From the NCBI GenBank assembly GCA_963808235.1, contig CAWEEQ010000004.1:1600001-1664000 (forward strand): a stretch of DNA of 64,000 bases, given 5' to 3'. Origin of the DNA: an uncultured delta proteobacterium (GTDB lineage Bacteria; Desulfobacterota; Binatia; Binatales; Binataceae). Position numbers and translations under genes: made by a program. Each line of letters opens with the position of its first letter. Position 1 is the first letter of the stretch. Below are positions 49,814-59,454 of the stretch, piece after piece. The notes beneath the pieces are model-generated. The model saw nothing but the letters and a program-made list of their open reading frames with translations, was not told the origin of the DNA and made no database searches.

Positions 49814-50773
49814 ATGTTAAAAGAAATCCTCGACCGACGCGTCCTGATCGTGCTCGGCAAGGGCGGAGTCGGTAAAACCACTGTCAGCGCGGCGATCGCG
49901 AAGCTCGCGATTGCGTCCGGCGCCCGTGCGCTCGTCATGGAATGCGACTCGCGCGCGCCGTTGGCAAGAGTATTCGGAATCGATCCCGCGTTCCAACCGA
50001 AAGAGGTCATGCCTCATCTCTCTCTGATGGCCCTCGATGGACGCCGCGCGCTCGAGGAATATCTTCGCCTCGTGGTGCCAAGCCGGATGCTGCTCAAGGC
50101 CGTGTTTGCCAGTCGTCTCTACCAATTGTTCGTTCAGGCCGCGCCCGGCCTGCGCGAACTGATGATGCTCGGCAAGGTTTATTACGAAGCCGGGCGCAAA
50201 GCCGTCGAGCCTCCGCTCCGCAGGCTGATTATTGTAGATGCGCCGGCCAGCGGGCAGGCGATAAGCTTGCTCAAGATGCCGACCGCGGCGCGCACGACGT
50301 TTGCCGACAGCGTGGTCGGCAAAGAAGCGGGCAATATATCGCGGATGCTTCGCGATCGGCGCCATTGCGCAATTTTGCAAGTCACGACCGCCGACGCGCT
50401 GTCCGTCGCCGAAACTATCGAGACTCACGCCGAGCTGGAGAAGATCCATCTCGCACCGCTAGCGGTGATATTCAATCGAACGGTGGCGTCACGCTTCGAT
50501 GGCCACGATGTCGCCGCGCTCGCCAATCGTCGCGGACCTCGCTCCCACAAGAAAAATCTCGAGCACCTCGCGGAACTTGCAGGGTCCGAACTCCGCCGCG
50601 TCTCAGAAGCGCGTAACGCTATCGTGGCAATCCGCGCCGCGACCGGAGGTCCAGTGATCGAGCTCGTCGAGCATCCAAGTATCGCGGGCATCGAGTTGAT
50701 CGATCGCCTCGCCGAAGACCTCGCCCGAGATGGCGAAATACCGGCTCCGGAAATTCACACAACGGGCAAGTAG
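49814..50773 (+). CDS. ArsA/GET3-like ATPase
   Basis: GKGGVGKTT, APGLREL, VDAPASG. Confidence 0.88.
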   Translation: MLKEILDRRVLIVLGKGGVGKTTVSAAIAKLAIASGARALVMECDSRAPLARVFGIDPAFQPKEVMPHLSLMALDGRRALEEYLRLVVPSRMLLKAVFASRLYQLFVQAAPGLRELMMLGKVYYEAGRKAVEPPLRRLIIVDAPASGQAISLLKMPTAARTTFADSVVGKEAGNISRMLRDRRHCAILQVTTADALSVAETIETHAELEKIHLAPLAVIFNRTVASRFDGHDVAALANRRGPRSHKKNLEHLAELAGSELRRVSEARNAIVAIRAATGGPVIELVEHPSIAGIELIDRLAEDLARDGEIPAPEIHTTGK

Positions 50774-51084
50774 TTAGGCATATTTCCTTGACGCTTTCCG
50801 GATGATTTGGTACTGATCAATCGCGTTGACGATGCCTGTGAGGGAAAACGCGGGTCAAAACCGCGTCGACGTCCGGCATCGCGGCGTCTGAATGCCGACC
50901 GCGCTTGCGAGGGAAGATGGCCGTCTAAACCACGGTCACTGACGTCCAAGACGGCGGCATTCGATATCTGGCCCTTGCGTCCTTAGTGAAGGATTGCACG
51001 CCAGCCACACGGAGACTCTCCGTGTTCGAATCACTGAACTTAGTGGAGCGAGCACGGAGAGTTTTTAATTTTGGAGGGAAATTC

Positions 51085-51606
51085 ATGAAACCGGGAACTG
51101 AGGATCTCATGCAAACCGTAGAGAAGCTGGCCGACAGGGCCATGCTTCAAGAGGCACTGAAGACGATGCACGAGGCTGGTCAAGCCGCGGTCGGTCCCGC
51201 GCGAGAGGGATTGTCGCATCCGCATCCACGGGTGCGGCAATTTTGCGCGATGTTCCTTGACGAGCACTGGGATGAATCCGCACTGCAGCGGCTGATCCTC
51301 GCTTTGCACGACCCGAAACTGAAGGTACGCAAGGCCGCCGTACATTCGCTGGGATGCGATCGCTGCAAGAGCGGCGAAAATCCGATCGACGTGCTGCCAT
51401 ACGTCGAGGAACGGATTCGCGAGGACAAGAGCATCAAGGTGCGCCGCACCGCCGTGCTCACCCTGGCGACGCAGATGCCGAGTAAGCGGATCGCGCGGGT
51501 ATTGCGTCGGGTGCTCCGTGACGAAACCGATGAGAAGATTCGAAACTACGCCCAATACGGCCTGCGGCGGTACGAAGATTCGCTTAAGGCGCCGGCTTCC
51601 GCGTGA
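51085..51606 (+). CDS. HEAT-repeat protein
   Basis: LSHPHPRVR, LHDPKLKVRKAAVHSLG, DKSIKVRRTAV; GGAGG RBS. Confidence 0.8.
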   Translation: MKPGTEDLMQTVEKLADRAMLQEALKTMHEAGQAAVGPAREGLSHPHPRVRQFCAMFLDEHWDESALQRLILALHDPKLKVRKAAVHSLGCDRCKSGENPIDVLPYVEERIREDKSIKVRRTAVLTLATQMPSKRIARVLRRVLRDETDEKIRNYAQYGLRRYEDSLKAPASA

Positions 51607-52832
51607 GCATTGGGATCAAATCGCGATTGCCGCGAGGCAGTTTCCGGCTCGGCAATATCGGTGGCCGTCACGTGCTGATCGATCCCGCAGGCGCGCCATT
51701 TTTGTCGCTGGGCGTAGTGCACATTCGCGCGCTGAACAGAAATGCCGCGGCATTCGAACATCGCTATTCCGGCGACTGGGTCCGCGCGTGCCAGGATGTC
51801 GTCGCCAATCTCAAATCGTGGGGCTTTAATTCTGCCGGGTATCATCATCCAATGGAAATTCGCACGATGCTGCCGTTCATGGCAGAGACCTACCTAGGCG
51901 AGATCGCGTACTGGATGGCGGGTACTCGTTACCCCGACGTGTTTGGCCGGGGCTTTTCCTCCGCGGTAGCGCGCCAGGTACATCAGATGTGTTCGGGCGC
52001 GAAAGGGAATTTGAATCTGATTGGCTACTATTGGACTGATACTCCTCGATGGGACCTGGACAACGCTCGGCGGATGATCAACGACGATTGGGTTTCAGCG
52101 ATCCGCCGTGCCCCATTGGATTGGCCGGGCAAAAAACGCTATGTCGAGTTCCTGGTCCGGCGGCACGCCAACGATCCGGAGATGTTTCGCGCTTCCTATG
52201 GCTTCGATCTGAAGGACTGTAACGAACCCAATGCGTCCTACGATGCTATCGATCTTGAGAATCGCACTATACGCAGTGATGACGATGAATTCCTTCGCCT
52301 GATTGCGCGCGAATATTACCGCGTCGCCGGTGAAGCGATGGACCTTGAAGATCGCAAGCATCTGGTGTTCGGCGATCGTTATATGCTGAATGATTTGCCG
52401 GATTCGGTGCTCGAGGAATCACTACGGTGGACAGATGTAGTCTCGATCCAGCCGTACGGGTCCCAATTCGAGCAGGAGGACTTCGACCGCATCTACAAAA
52501 TCGCCAGACGGCCTATCATGATCTGCGATCACGCGGTGAACTTTCGGACCGAGAGGTATCCCACGACTGGCTGGCCGGCTTCTCCAAATGAAGAGCACGC
52601 GGCGCACGCGCACGCCCAATATATTGCTGATGCATTTAACCGCCCCTACATTGTGGGCTATCACCGATGCCATTACATGGATAACTACATCGCCAAGGAC
52701 GGCTTTGTAATGCAGGGACTCCTGCGCGAAGACTTGACCCCTCATACTGTCATGCTGGACACGACAAGACGCGCGAATCAGGAGGTTGCCTTAAACCTGA
52801 AGAATCGAAGTTTGAGCAGGAATAAAGGTTGA
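51603..52832 (+). CDS. Glycoside hydrolase, GH50/beta-agarase-like TIM barrel
   Basis: LIDPAGAPFLSLGV, LKSWGFNSAG, LIGYYWTD, HLVFGDR, YIVGYH; GTGA overlap with HEAT gene. Confidence 0.65.
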   Translation: MSIGIKSRLPRGSFRLGNIGGRHVLIDPAGAPFLSLGVVHIRALNRNAAAFEHRYSGDWVRACQDVVANLKSWGFNSAGYHHPMEIRTMLPFMAETYLGEIAYWMAGTRYPDVFGRGFSSAVARQVHQMCSGAKGNLNLIGYYWTDTPRWDLDNARRMINDDWVSAIRRAPLDWPGKKRYVEFLVRRHANDPEMFRASYGFDLKDCNEPNASYDAIDLENRTIRSDDDEFLRLIAREYYRVAGEAMDLEDRKHLVFGDRYMLNDLPDSVLEESLRWTDVVSIQPYGSQFEQEDFDRIYKIARRPIMICDHAVNFRTERYPTTGWPASPNEEHAAHAHAQYIADAFNRPYIVGYHRCHYMDNYIAKDGFVMQGLLREDLTPHTVMLDTTRRANQEVALNLKNRSLSRNKG

Positions 52833-52978
52833 GGCTTGAGAATTATGGTTGCTCGCTATCGCTTGGTGAAAACTCCACCGTTCCGGAAACCAAGCTCGCG
52901 GAAGATCGAAGCATCGCAGCTCGACTGAGACCGGATTTCGCGTCGTGGCCTATGCTCGAAACATCTGCACGCGAATTT

Positions 52979-53545
52979 TCACGGCGCGACAAACTTGCCG
53001 CCGTTGACGACAAGACGCTCTCGTTTCAGGTAGGAATCTGGTTCGTCCCTCGGTCCGGCTGCTACGAATACAGGACCAGTTTTTGAAGCGAAGATCACAG
53101 CGCTGCCCTGCTCATTTGGACTGTCTAATATCAAGTACGAACGATCATCGAAGACGCCTATGCTTACGAGTCTTTTGCCGTGAGAATCAAAAAGTCGAAA
53201 CGCGGCAGACCCGTGCATTTTGTCGGTGGAGAGCTCCGCGCGTGAAACACCAGAATCATCGCGCAAGATGAACTGTTTTGCTTCTACCACATCCGGGATC
53301 GCTGCTTTTGTAGGTTGAGCAGCAGTAGCACTTGTCGGTTCGAGTAGCTGAATCTGCTGAAGTTCCTCTTTTGCTTCCGCTTCGATGGAAGCGCTGCCGA
53401 CAGTTCCCCTAAGCGTTTTTAATCGCTCAACGTAGTCGGAAATCGCGGTCAGAATTTTTTTGAACTCGTCTCCAAACCACCACAAGGCGACCAGGATGGT
53501 GATCGGCTTTGCGAGTATCTGCAATATTAGGACGAAGTTCTTCAT
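52979..53545 (-). CDS. Hypothetical membrane-anchored protein
   Basis: N-terminal hydrophobic helix; beta-rich repeats LRDDSG/LFDSHG. Confidence 0.6.
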   Translation of the reverse strand: MKNFVLILQILAKPITILVALWWFGDEFKKILTAISDYVERLKTLRGTVGSASIEAEAKEELQQIQLLEPTSATAAQPTKAAIPDVVEAKQFILRDDSGVSRAELSTDKMHGSAAFRLFDSHGKRLVSIGVFDDRSYLILDSPNEQGSAVIFASKTGPVFVAAGPRDEPDSYLKRERLVVNGGKFVAP

Positions 53546-53547
53546 AT

Positions 53548-53814
53548 TTATCCTTTTCCGAGAAATCGGACGCGCTCCTCGCGCTGAGCGGCGCGAGCGC
53601 GGGTTCGGCCAGCGCGTACTTTGTGCCCGTTCCGTCGTAAGGCGTGGCGGCATCGAGCGCAGAGCGCACCGGTAGGCGCTTCGGCGGTAGCGATATCACT
53701 CAACGCTGGTAGCGGTTTGGAAACCGATGGAGTGATCTCAGATCTGGGCGACGAAGCCTGACGATGGTCCAAGCGCTGAAGGAAGCGTTGGATTAGCGCT
53801 GGGATGGCGCTCAC
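53548..53814 (-). CDS. Hypothetical small protein
   Basis: GTG overlapping the upstream stop (GTGA); stop 2 nt before next ATG; CARC motif. Confidence 0.4.
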   Translation of the reverse strand: MSAIPALIQRFLQRLDHRQASSPRSEITPSVSKPLPALSDIATAEAPTGALCARCRHALRRNGHKVRAGRTRARAAQREERVRFLGKG

Positions 53815-54056
53815 AGTCCCCCCGATGTTCGCGCATTTACGAAGTTCACATAGTTCCTGAGTTTCACGCCAGCGACTTGACCAGCGGCAAATAGAAGGCA
53901 AGTGGCGGATATGCCGAGCCACATCGCTACACATCGTTTCCTGGTCCTTTGGCCACTTAGATAGGAAACGACCTGAGCCACAATCGCGAGCAGGATGCCG
54001 AGACTGAACAATGCGTTAACGATGTAAACCGGAGTCGAGATGATGAAACGCGCCAT
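53811..54056 (-). CDS. Small 2-TM hypothetical protein
   Basis: Two hydrophobic segments; ATG start. Confidence 0.5.
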   Translation of the reverse strand: MARFIISTPVYIVNALFSLGILLAIVAQVVSYLSGQRTRKRCVAMWLGISATCLLFAAGQVAGVKLRNYVNFVNARTSGGL

Positions 54057-54568
54057 CGACGGATTCTGCTGTATCGAGCTAATCGACCGCCTCGCCGCAG
54101 ACCTCGCCCGAGATCCGAAATCGAGATCCCCGAAATAACCAGTCTGGCACGGGGACCGATGCCTCCGAAAGTCGCCAGAGACTCGCAGCTATGCGGCTTC
54201 TGGGGATGAACTGTTCAGCCTGACGTCGGTGGATTTGGCGTGGTACACCTACCGCATGGACGGTTGCGACAATACCTCGTATTGGACGGACTCGCCCGAA
54301 ATCGGGCTAGCCGCGCTTACCGCAGAAATAATTTTTGACGGAACGAAGCTACGCCTAGAGCCAAGGCGTCCCAACGCCACAACATATGGTATGAATTGCT
54401 CCTTTCGGCTCTATCCGATCAGTGTGGAATCGCGTCGGCGGCGCGCCATGTTTGCGCGATATCGGGCGGGTTCAGGTCGTCAGGATGGCGAACCGAGGCC
54501 CGCACCAGCCCCTGCTGGAATCCCGAGGCTCCGGCAACTACGCTTGGCTCACAGGACTGACTAGTCAG

Positions 54569-56506
54569 ATGGAGAGCGGTAAGAAAGTTCGCGAGTCAAA
54601 GGTCCGTGAGCCGTGGATTATCCGCACCTACGCGGGCTTCGGCGACGCGCGCCAGGCAAACGAGCGATTTCTTTCGAACCTCAGCCAGGGTCAGCGCGGG
54701 CTCTCAATCGCTTTCGACTTGCCTACCCAGAACGGATACGACCCGGACGCGCCGGTCGCACGCGGCGAAGTTGGCGAGGCGGGCGTGTCGATTTGTCATT
54801 GGCAGGATATGGAGACGCTGTTCGCGGGAATCCCGCTTCAGTCCATCAACACCTCGATGACGATTAACGCGACCGCGCCGTTCCTCCTGGCGCTTTACCT
54901 GGTGGTCGCCGAAAAACACGGCGTGCCATGGACGGAGCTGCGCGGCACCACCCAGAACGACATGCTCAAGGAATTCGTCGCGCGCGGAACTTCGATCTTC
55001 GATCCGGAATTGTCGCTGCGCCTGTCCACCGACCTGATCAAATTCGCCGTCGAGCGCGTTCCGAACTGGAATCCGATCAATTGCTGCGGCTATCACTACA
55101 TGGAGAGCGGCGCCGGTCCGGTCGAGGAAATCGGCTTCGCGTTCGGCAACGCACTGCTCATCCTCGACGCGATCCGGGCCCGGCTCGACCGCGCCGCGTT
55201 CGAGCAAACGGTTCGGCGCATCTCGTTTTTTATCAACAGCGGAATCGAACTGGTTCCCGAAATCTGCAAAATTCGCGCGTACTTCAAACTCTGGCGCGAG
55301 CTGTGCGCGACTGAATACGGAATCGAAAATGTAGCCTTTCGCGCCGGATGCCAGGTGCGCTCCCTCACCCTTACCGAGCCGCAACCCGAAGTGAATATAA
55401 TCCGGATTGCTTACGAGGCACTGCCGGTCGTCCTCTCGGCGGATGCGCGGGTGAATGCACTTCAGCTTCCCGGCTTTCGAGAGGCGCTCGCGCTGCCCGA
55501 CCAATCCGAGCAGACGCTCAGCCTGCGCACGCAGCAGGTGCTCATGCATGAGACCGAGATCGCACGCTACGGCGATATCTTCGAAGGCAGCAAGGTTATC
55601 GAGAAGCTTACCGATGAGACCGCCGCGCGCGCGCGTGAAATTGCGATTCGATTGCGCGAGGCCGGCTACTCGCGCGCCATTTCGATCGTCGGCGCCGAAC
55701 TGACGCGTGAGCTCGCCGAGCGTCATCGCAAGGTTGAATCCGGAGAGATCGTGCAAGTAGGCGTCAACGCGTTTACCGGCGAGATCGGACTCACGCCCGT
55801 GCCCACGCGCGGCGTCGATCGCACGACGCAGGCGGCCAGGGAAGATGAGCGGATCGCCGCAATCCGGAAGTGGCGCATCGCGCGCGACCAGGCCGCGGTT
55901 TCGAGCGCGTGCGAAGTGTTAAGAAGAGCCGCTATCGAAAATACCGACGGCGGACTGATGAATGCCACCATCGAATTGGCTCGCGCCGGCGGTACGGTCG
56001 GAGAATGGACGCAGTCGCTCGAGCGTGCTGGCCGTGGACGCTTTACCCCTTCAATTTTCGAATCCAGCTTGAACGTCGGCGCGCTCAAGGTGCCCACGGC
56101 GCCACAAAAGATTCGCATCGCGCTCGGCAAGGCCGGCCTCGACGGACATATCAACGCGGTGAAACTGCTGGCGCACGCGTGCATGCAGGCCGGGATGGAA
56201 GTGGTGCTTGCCGGATTCAAGCAAACGCCGGATCAGATGGTCGAGACCGCGCTCGAGGAGGATGTCGACGTGCTCGCGATATCGACCCTGGCCGGCGCGC
56301 ACATGATGATCGCGCGCACGACGCTCGACCTGCTCAAACGTCACGGCGCGGAAGACGTGAGACTCGTGATGGGCGGAATAATTCCGGAACCCGACCGCAA
56401 AGCCCTGCTCGATCTCGGCGTCAAAGCAGTCTTCACGCCGAAGGACTCGAACCTGGGCGAGATTGTCAAACGAATTATCGAAGTGGGAACGCGTAATCGA
56501 AAATGA
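54569..56506 (+). CDS. Coenzyme B12-dependent acyl-CoA mutase, single chain, Ecm/MeaA-like
   Basis: PWIIRTYAG, LSIAFDLPTQNGYD, TSMTINATA, GTTQND; C-terminal GLDGH cobalamin-binding domain. Confidence 0.9.
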   Translation: MESGKKVRESKVREPWIIRTYAGFGDARQANERFLSNLSQGQRGLSIAFDLPTQNGYDPDAPVARGEVGEAGVSICHWQDMETLFAGIPLQSINTSMTINATAPFLLALYLVVAEKHGVPWTELRGTTQNDMLKEFVARGTSIFDPELSLRLSTDLIKFAVERVPNWNPINCCGYHYMESGAGPVEEIGFAFGNALLILDAIRARLDRAAFEQTVRRISFFINSGIELVPEICKIRAYFKLWRELCATEYGIENVAFRAGCQVRSLTLTEPQPEVNIIRIAYEALPVVLSADARVNALQLPGFREALALPDQSEQTLSLRTQQVLMHETEIARYGDIFEGSKVIEKLTDETAARAREIAIRLREAGYSRAISIVGAELTRELAERHRKVESGEIVQVGVNAFTGEIGLTPVPTRGVDRTTQAAREDERIAAIRKWRIARDQAAVSSACEVLRRAAIENTDGGLMNATIELARAGGTVGEWTQSLERAGRGRFTPSIFESSLNVGALKVPTAPQKIRIALGKAGLDGHINAVKLLAHACMQAGMEVVLAGFKQTPDQMVETALEEDVDVLAISTLAGAHMMIARTTLDLLKRHGAEDVRLVMGGIIPEPDRKALLDLGVKAVFTPKDSNLGEIVKRIIEVGTRNRK

Positions 56507-56964
56507 AAATTGTGCGAAGCTTGGCAATCGTCGCGATGGTCTGCGCAGTCTTTTCCTCGAGCGCACTGGCGGAAGAGGCGCGGCCGTGGCTGTGCCGCGA
56601 CAAGCCGGTGTTCTCATACGATCACGCGATGAACTATCAGGCCACCGCGCGGCCCGGCCGTCAGTGGCGGATATTCTTCATGCTGTATTCTCCCGATGCC
56701 GCGCACGACGGATTCGACATCGTGAACTCGGGCGAGATCGGTTCGCGAGGCGACTCCGCCATGGGAAATCTGCCCGCGGGCCGCTACTTTGCGGTCGCTC
56801 TTTACCGCAGCGGCGGCAGCCATTGGATTTGCCCCGACTACACTCACGACAATCGTAACTCCGCGCTCGGTGAAGTGAGCAATCTCTGCTACGGAGAGGA
56901 CGGCCCGCCCTGCCTGGTCAACCTGAAGGTGACACCCGCGTCTCCAACCCGGCCGCAGCCATAA
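56503..56964 (+). CDS. Secreted hypothetical Cys-containing protein
   Basis: Signal peptide ending SSALA; ATGA overlap with mutase gene. Confidence 0.7.
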   Translation: MKIVRSLAIVAMVCAVFSSSALAEEARPWLCRDKPVFSYDHAMNYQATARPGRQWRIFFMLYSPDAAHDGFDIVNSGEIGSRGDSAMGNLPAGRYFAVALYRSGGSHWICPDYTHDNRNSALGEVSNLCYGEDGPPCLVNLKVTPASPTRPQP

Positions 56965-57082
56965 TAATCGCGCGTTAAGACATAGTTCGAGTCTGTCACC
57001 CAGACGCGCATGGTCTTGTTCGGGCTAGAAGCTAACAGGATAGTATTGCCCGGCGCAGGTTCTTTCCTTTGGGAGGATATGA

Positions 57083-58669
57083 GTGAGTTCTGCCGCGTTA
57101 TCGAGCGTGCCGGAGGCATCGCCGACTTCGTTCGCACCGGATGCAACCGTCCGCGAAATATCGTTGATAGCGACAGGCAGCCTGGTATTGCTGGCGGCGG
57201 AAGCGCTCAGTAGTAATCCGCGGATACTGTTCGCCCGGTACCTGTGGATTGATGAACTCTGGACGAAATTAATCGAATCTAAATCGACCGTGTGGGAATC
57301 TCTCGTTGCCCTTGAGCAAGCGGGAGATCCGACGCCGCCGATGTACCATCTCCTGGCGCGAGCTTCATGGGGGCTTTTGGGCGGCAGCGCGGAAACCGCG
57401 TTCCGGACGCTCTCTTTCGTCTCAATGTGGATCGCGTTGGTCCTTCTCTATGTACTGTTGCGCCGCTCATTCGCGCTGCTACCCGCGTTGGTCGCTGTGA
57501 TCGCGTTCTGGTCATGTCCTACAATTATCGGGTACGCCTTTTATGCCCGGCCCTATGCGTCTCTGCTCGCCGCGACAGTCGGCTTTTGCCTGGTTTACGG
57601 ACAGGACCGAAAAGGACCGCTGGCAATCGGATTAACCGCGGCGATGGCCGCGCTGATCTGTACGCTCCATTATTTCGGAATATTTGCTCTTTCCGCGGTC
57701 GTGATTGGCGACACGCTAGCGCGGCACGAACCACTGCCCGCAATGATCCGCCGAAACTTACCCACCGCAGCAGGTCCAATCGCGCTAGCTTTTTGTTGGC
57801 CATTCGTTCACGCGTGGAGATCGGGCCAGGCGGTGTTTACTTTTTTGCCTCCACTAACTTTGGGTTCCGCGGTGAGAGATGTACTGATGACCTGGATCCT
57901 TACGTGGGAGTCAATATTGGTCTTGTTCTTTGCCTGGTATATTTCAGCTGTCATATGGCTGATAGCTGGTCTTCTCGGACGCGCGGCCGACAAAGCCCCG
58001 TCGACAAACATCGGAAGGTTGCAGCCGGTCGCGGGGCTATTTGGTTTGATCCTGGTACCCATCTTGGTGGCTCTCTTTTCGGCGCTAACGTATAACGTGA
58101 TGCTGACTCGATATATGATTCCCGGCTTGCTTGGAGTAGCCGTGCTGTTAGCCTTGGTCGCATCAAAGATCCCTTCGAGAATATTGGCCGGAACTGCGAT
58201 TCTGCTAATACTACTAGGCGCGTGGAATCTGCGGCTATTTAGCGAGGAACAGTTGAAATGGCAAACGACCGAAGGCCGGATGATTAACATCGGTCAAAGT
58301 GATGACCTATTTGTCGTGACACTTACTTCGCATGAGGCTTACCTGCTGTACGAATATGCCCCGCGTCTGCGCAACCGTCTGGTCATCGCCGATTTCCGCG
58401 CAAGCCACCGGTCTGAGCTCTTCCGCGGCATCTTGTCGGACTACGAGCTTGAAAGTAAGTGGTCGGCGGTGTTTCCCGATCTGCCGAAGTTCGTCAGCCT
58501 CGAACAGATGCGAGCGATGGAAAGGTTTCATCTTGTGAATCCGGAAACAGCGGTTTTGGCCGATCAGGAAAACCGACCAGCTACTGCTTTCCCGCTCCAG
58601 AAAATCGCGCAAGCGCTCTCACTCGAAAGAGTCGGTGACTTATATGAAGTCCGACCGAATTGGCCTTGA
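57083..58669 (+). CDS. GT-C fold (PMT/ArnT-like) membrane glycosyltransferase
   Basis: LWIDE, PPMYHLL, ARPYA, multiple TM, RYMIP. Confidence 0.75.
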   Translation: MSSAALSSVPEASPTSFAPDATVREISLIATGSLVLLAAEALSSNPRILFARYLWIDELWTKLIESKSTVWESLVALEQAGDPTPPMYHLLARASWGLLGGSAETAFRTLSFVSMWIALVLLYVLLRRSFALLPALVAVIAFWSCPTIIGYAFYARPYASLLAATVGFCLVYGQDRKGPLAIGLTAAMAALICTLHYFGIFALSAVVIGDTLARHEPLPAMIRRNLPTAAGPIALAFCWPFVHAWRSGQAVFTFLPPLTLGSAVRDVLMTWILTWESILVLFFAWYISAVIWLIAGLLGRAADKAPSTNIGRLQPVAGLFGLILVPILVALFSALTYNVMLTRYMIPGLLGVAVLLALVASKIPSRILAGTAILLILLGAWNLRLFSEEQLKWQTTEGRMINIGQSDDLFVVTLTSHEAYLLYEYAPRLRNRLVIADFRASHRSELFRGILSDYELESKWSAVFPDLPKFVSLEQMRAMERFHLVNPETAVLADQENRPATAFPLQKIAQALSLERVGDLYEVRPNWP

Positions 58670-58704
58670 GTTTTGGTCTGACATGAGTCTTTGTTTCTAG
58701 TCCG

Positions 58705-59418
58705 ATGTTTGAATCTTCAAAGACTCGCCGACTCCGCGGCGCGGAATTCCCTGCGAAGTACTTCTCGGGCTCTGTTCTGGACATTGGTTGTGGTGAGGAT
58801 CTGGTCGTATCACATGCCCGGCCATTTGACCTCGCAAACGGAGATGCGCAACGAATTACCGAATTCCTCCCCGCGGAGGTTCAATACGATTGCGTTCATA
58901 GCTCTCATTGCCTGGAGCACATGGAGGATGTGCACGCAGCGCTGGCGCAATGGTGGTCATTGGTGAAGCCAAACGGCCATCTGATCGTCGTAGTACCGGA
59001 TGAAGATCTCTACGAGCAGGGAATCTGGCCGTCTGTTTTTAATTCCGATCATAAGGCCAGTTTCCGCTTGGGAAACCAGCTATCGTGGTCGCCAGTCTCT
59101 TACGACTTACAGACAATTCTCGAAGAGCTCCCAGGCGCGGAAATAGTTGACATCTGCGTCCAGGACCAAGGATACGATTACGAACTCAAGCCTCGCGAGA
59201 TGACAAAGCTCGGTCGTCTGCTAATTCTCTTCAGGCGAGCGCGCAAAGCGGCGTTCAAGAGCAGGCGGAAGATCCAGACATCTTCCAAATTCGACCGCTG
59301 GGTCGGAACAATGGAATACAATATTGAAAAGATCGAGTACCGTTTCGGCGCTCCGATAGATCAAACACTTAAGGATGCGCTCGCGCAGATTCAGGCTGTG
59401 GTACGCAAACGATCGTGA
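58705..59418 (+). CDS. Class I SAM-dependent methyltransferase
   Basis: VLDIGCG, YDCVHSSHCLEH, LVKPNG. Confidence 0.85.
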   Translation: MFESSKTRRLRGAEFPAKYFSGSVLDIGCGEDLVVSHARPFDLANGDAQRITEFLPAEVQYDCVHSSHCLEHMEDVHAALAQWWSLVKPNGHLIVVVPDEDLYEQGIWPSVFNSDHKASFRLGNQLSWSPVSYDLQTILEELPGAEIVDICVQDQGYDYELKPREMTKLGRLLILFRRARKAAFKSRRKIQTSSKFDRWVGTMEYNIEKIEYRFGAPIDQTLKDALAQIQAVVRKRS

Positions 59419-59454
59419 TCGATGCGTGCGCGAGGCTCGCGCCGCCATCTCGCA

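Larger units (their letters stand above)
50690..54114. mobile_element. ~3.4-kb integrated islet bounded by a 42-bp imperfect direct repeat of the ArsA-like gene 3' end
   Basis: 50690..50731 vs 54073..54114, 38/42 identical; AT-richer cargo; no integrase seen. Confidence 0.55.

Noticed and set aside
54229-54564. 111-aa ORF upstream of the mutase
   Set aside because: No RBS or motif and overlaps the likely mutase promoter region; at most a remnant
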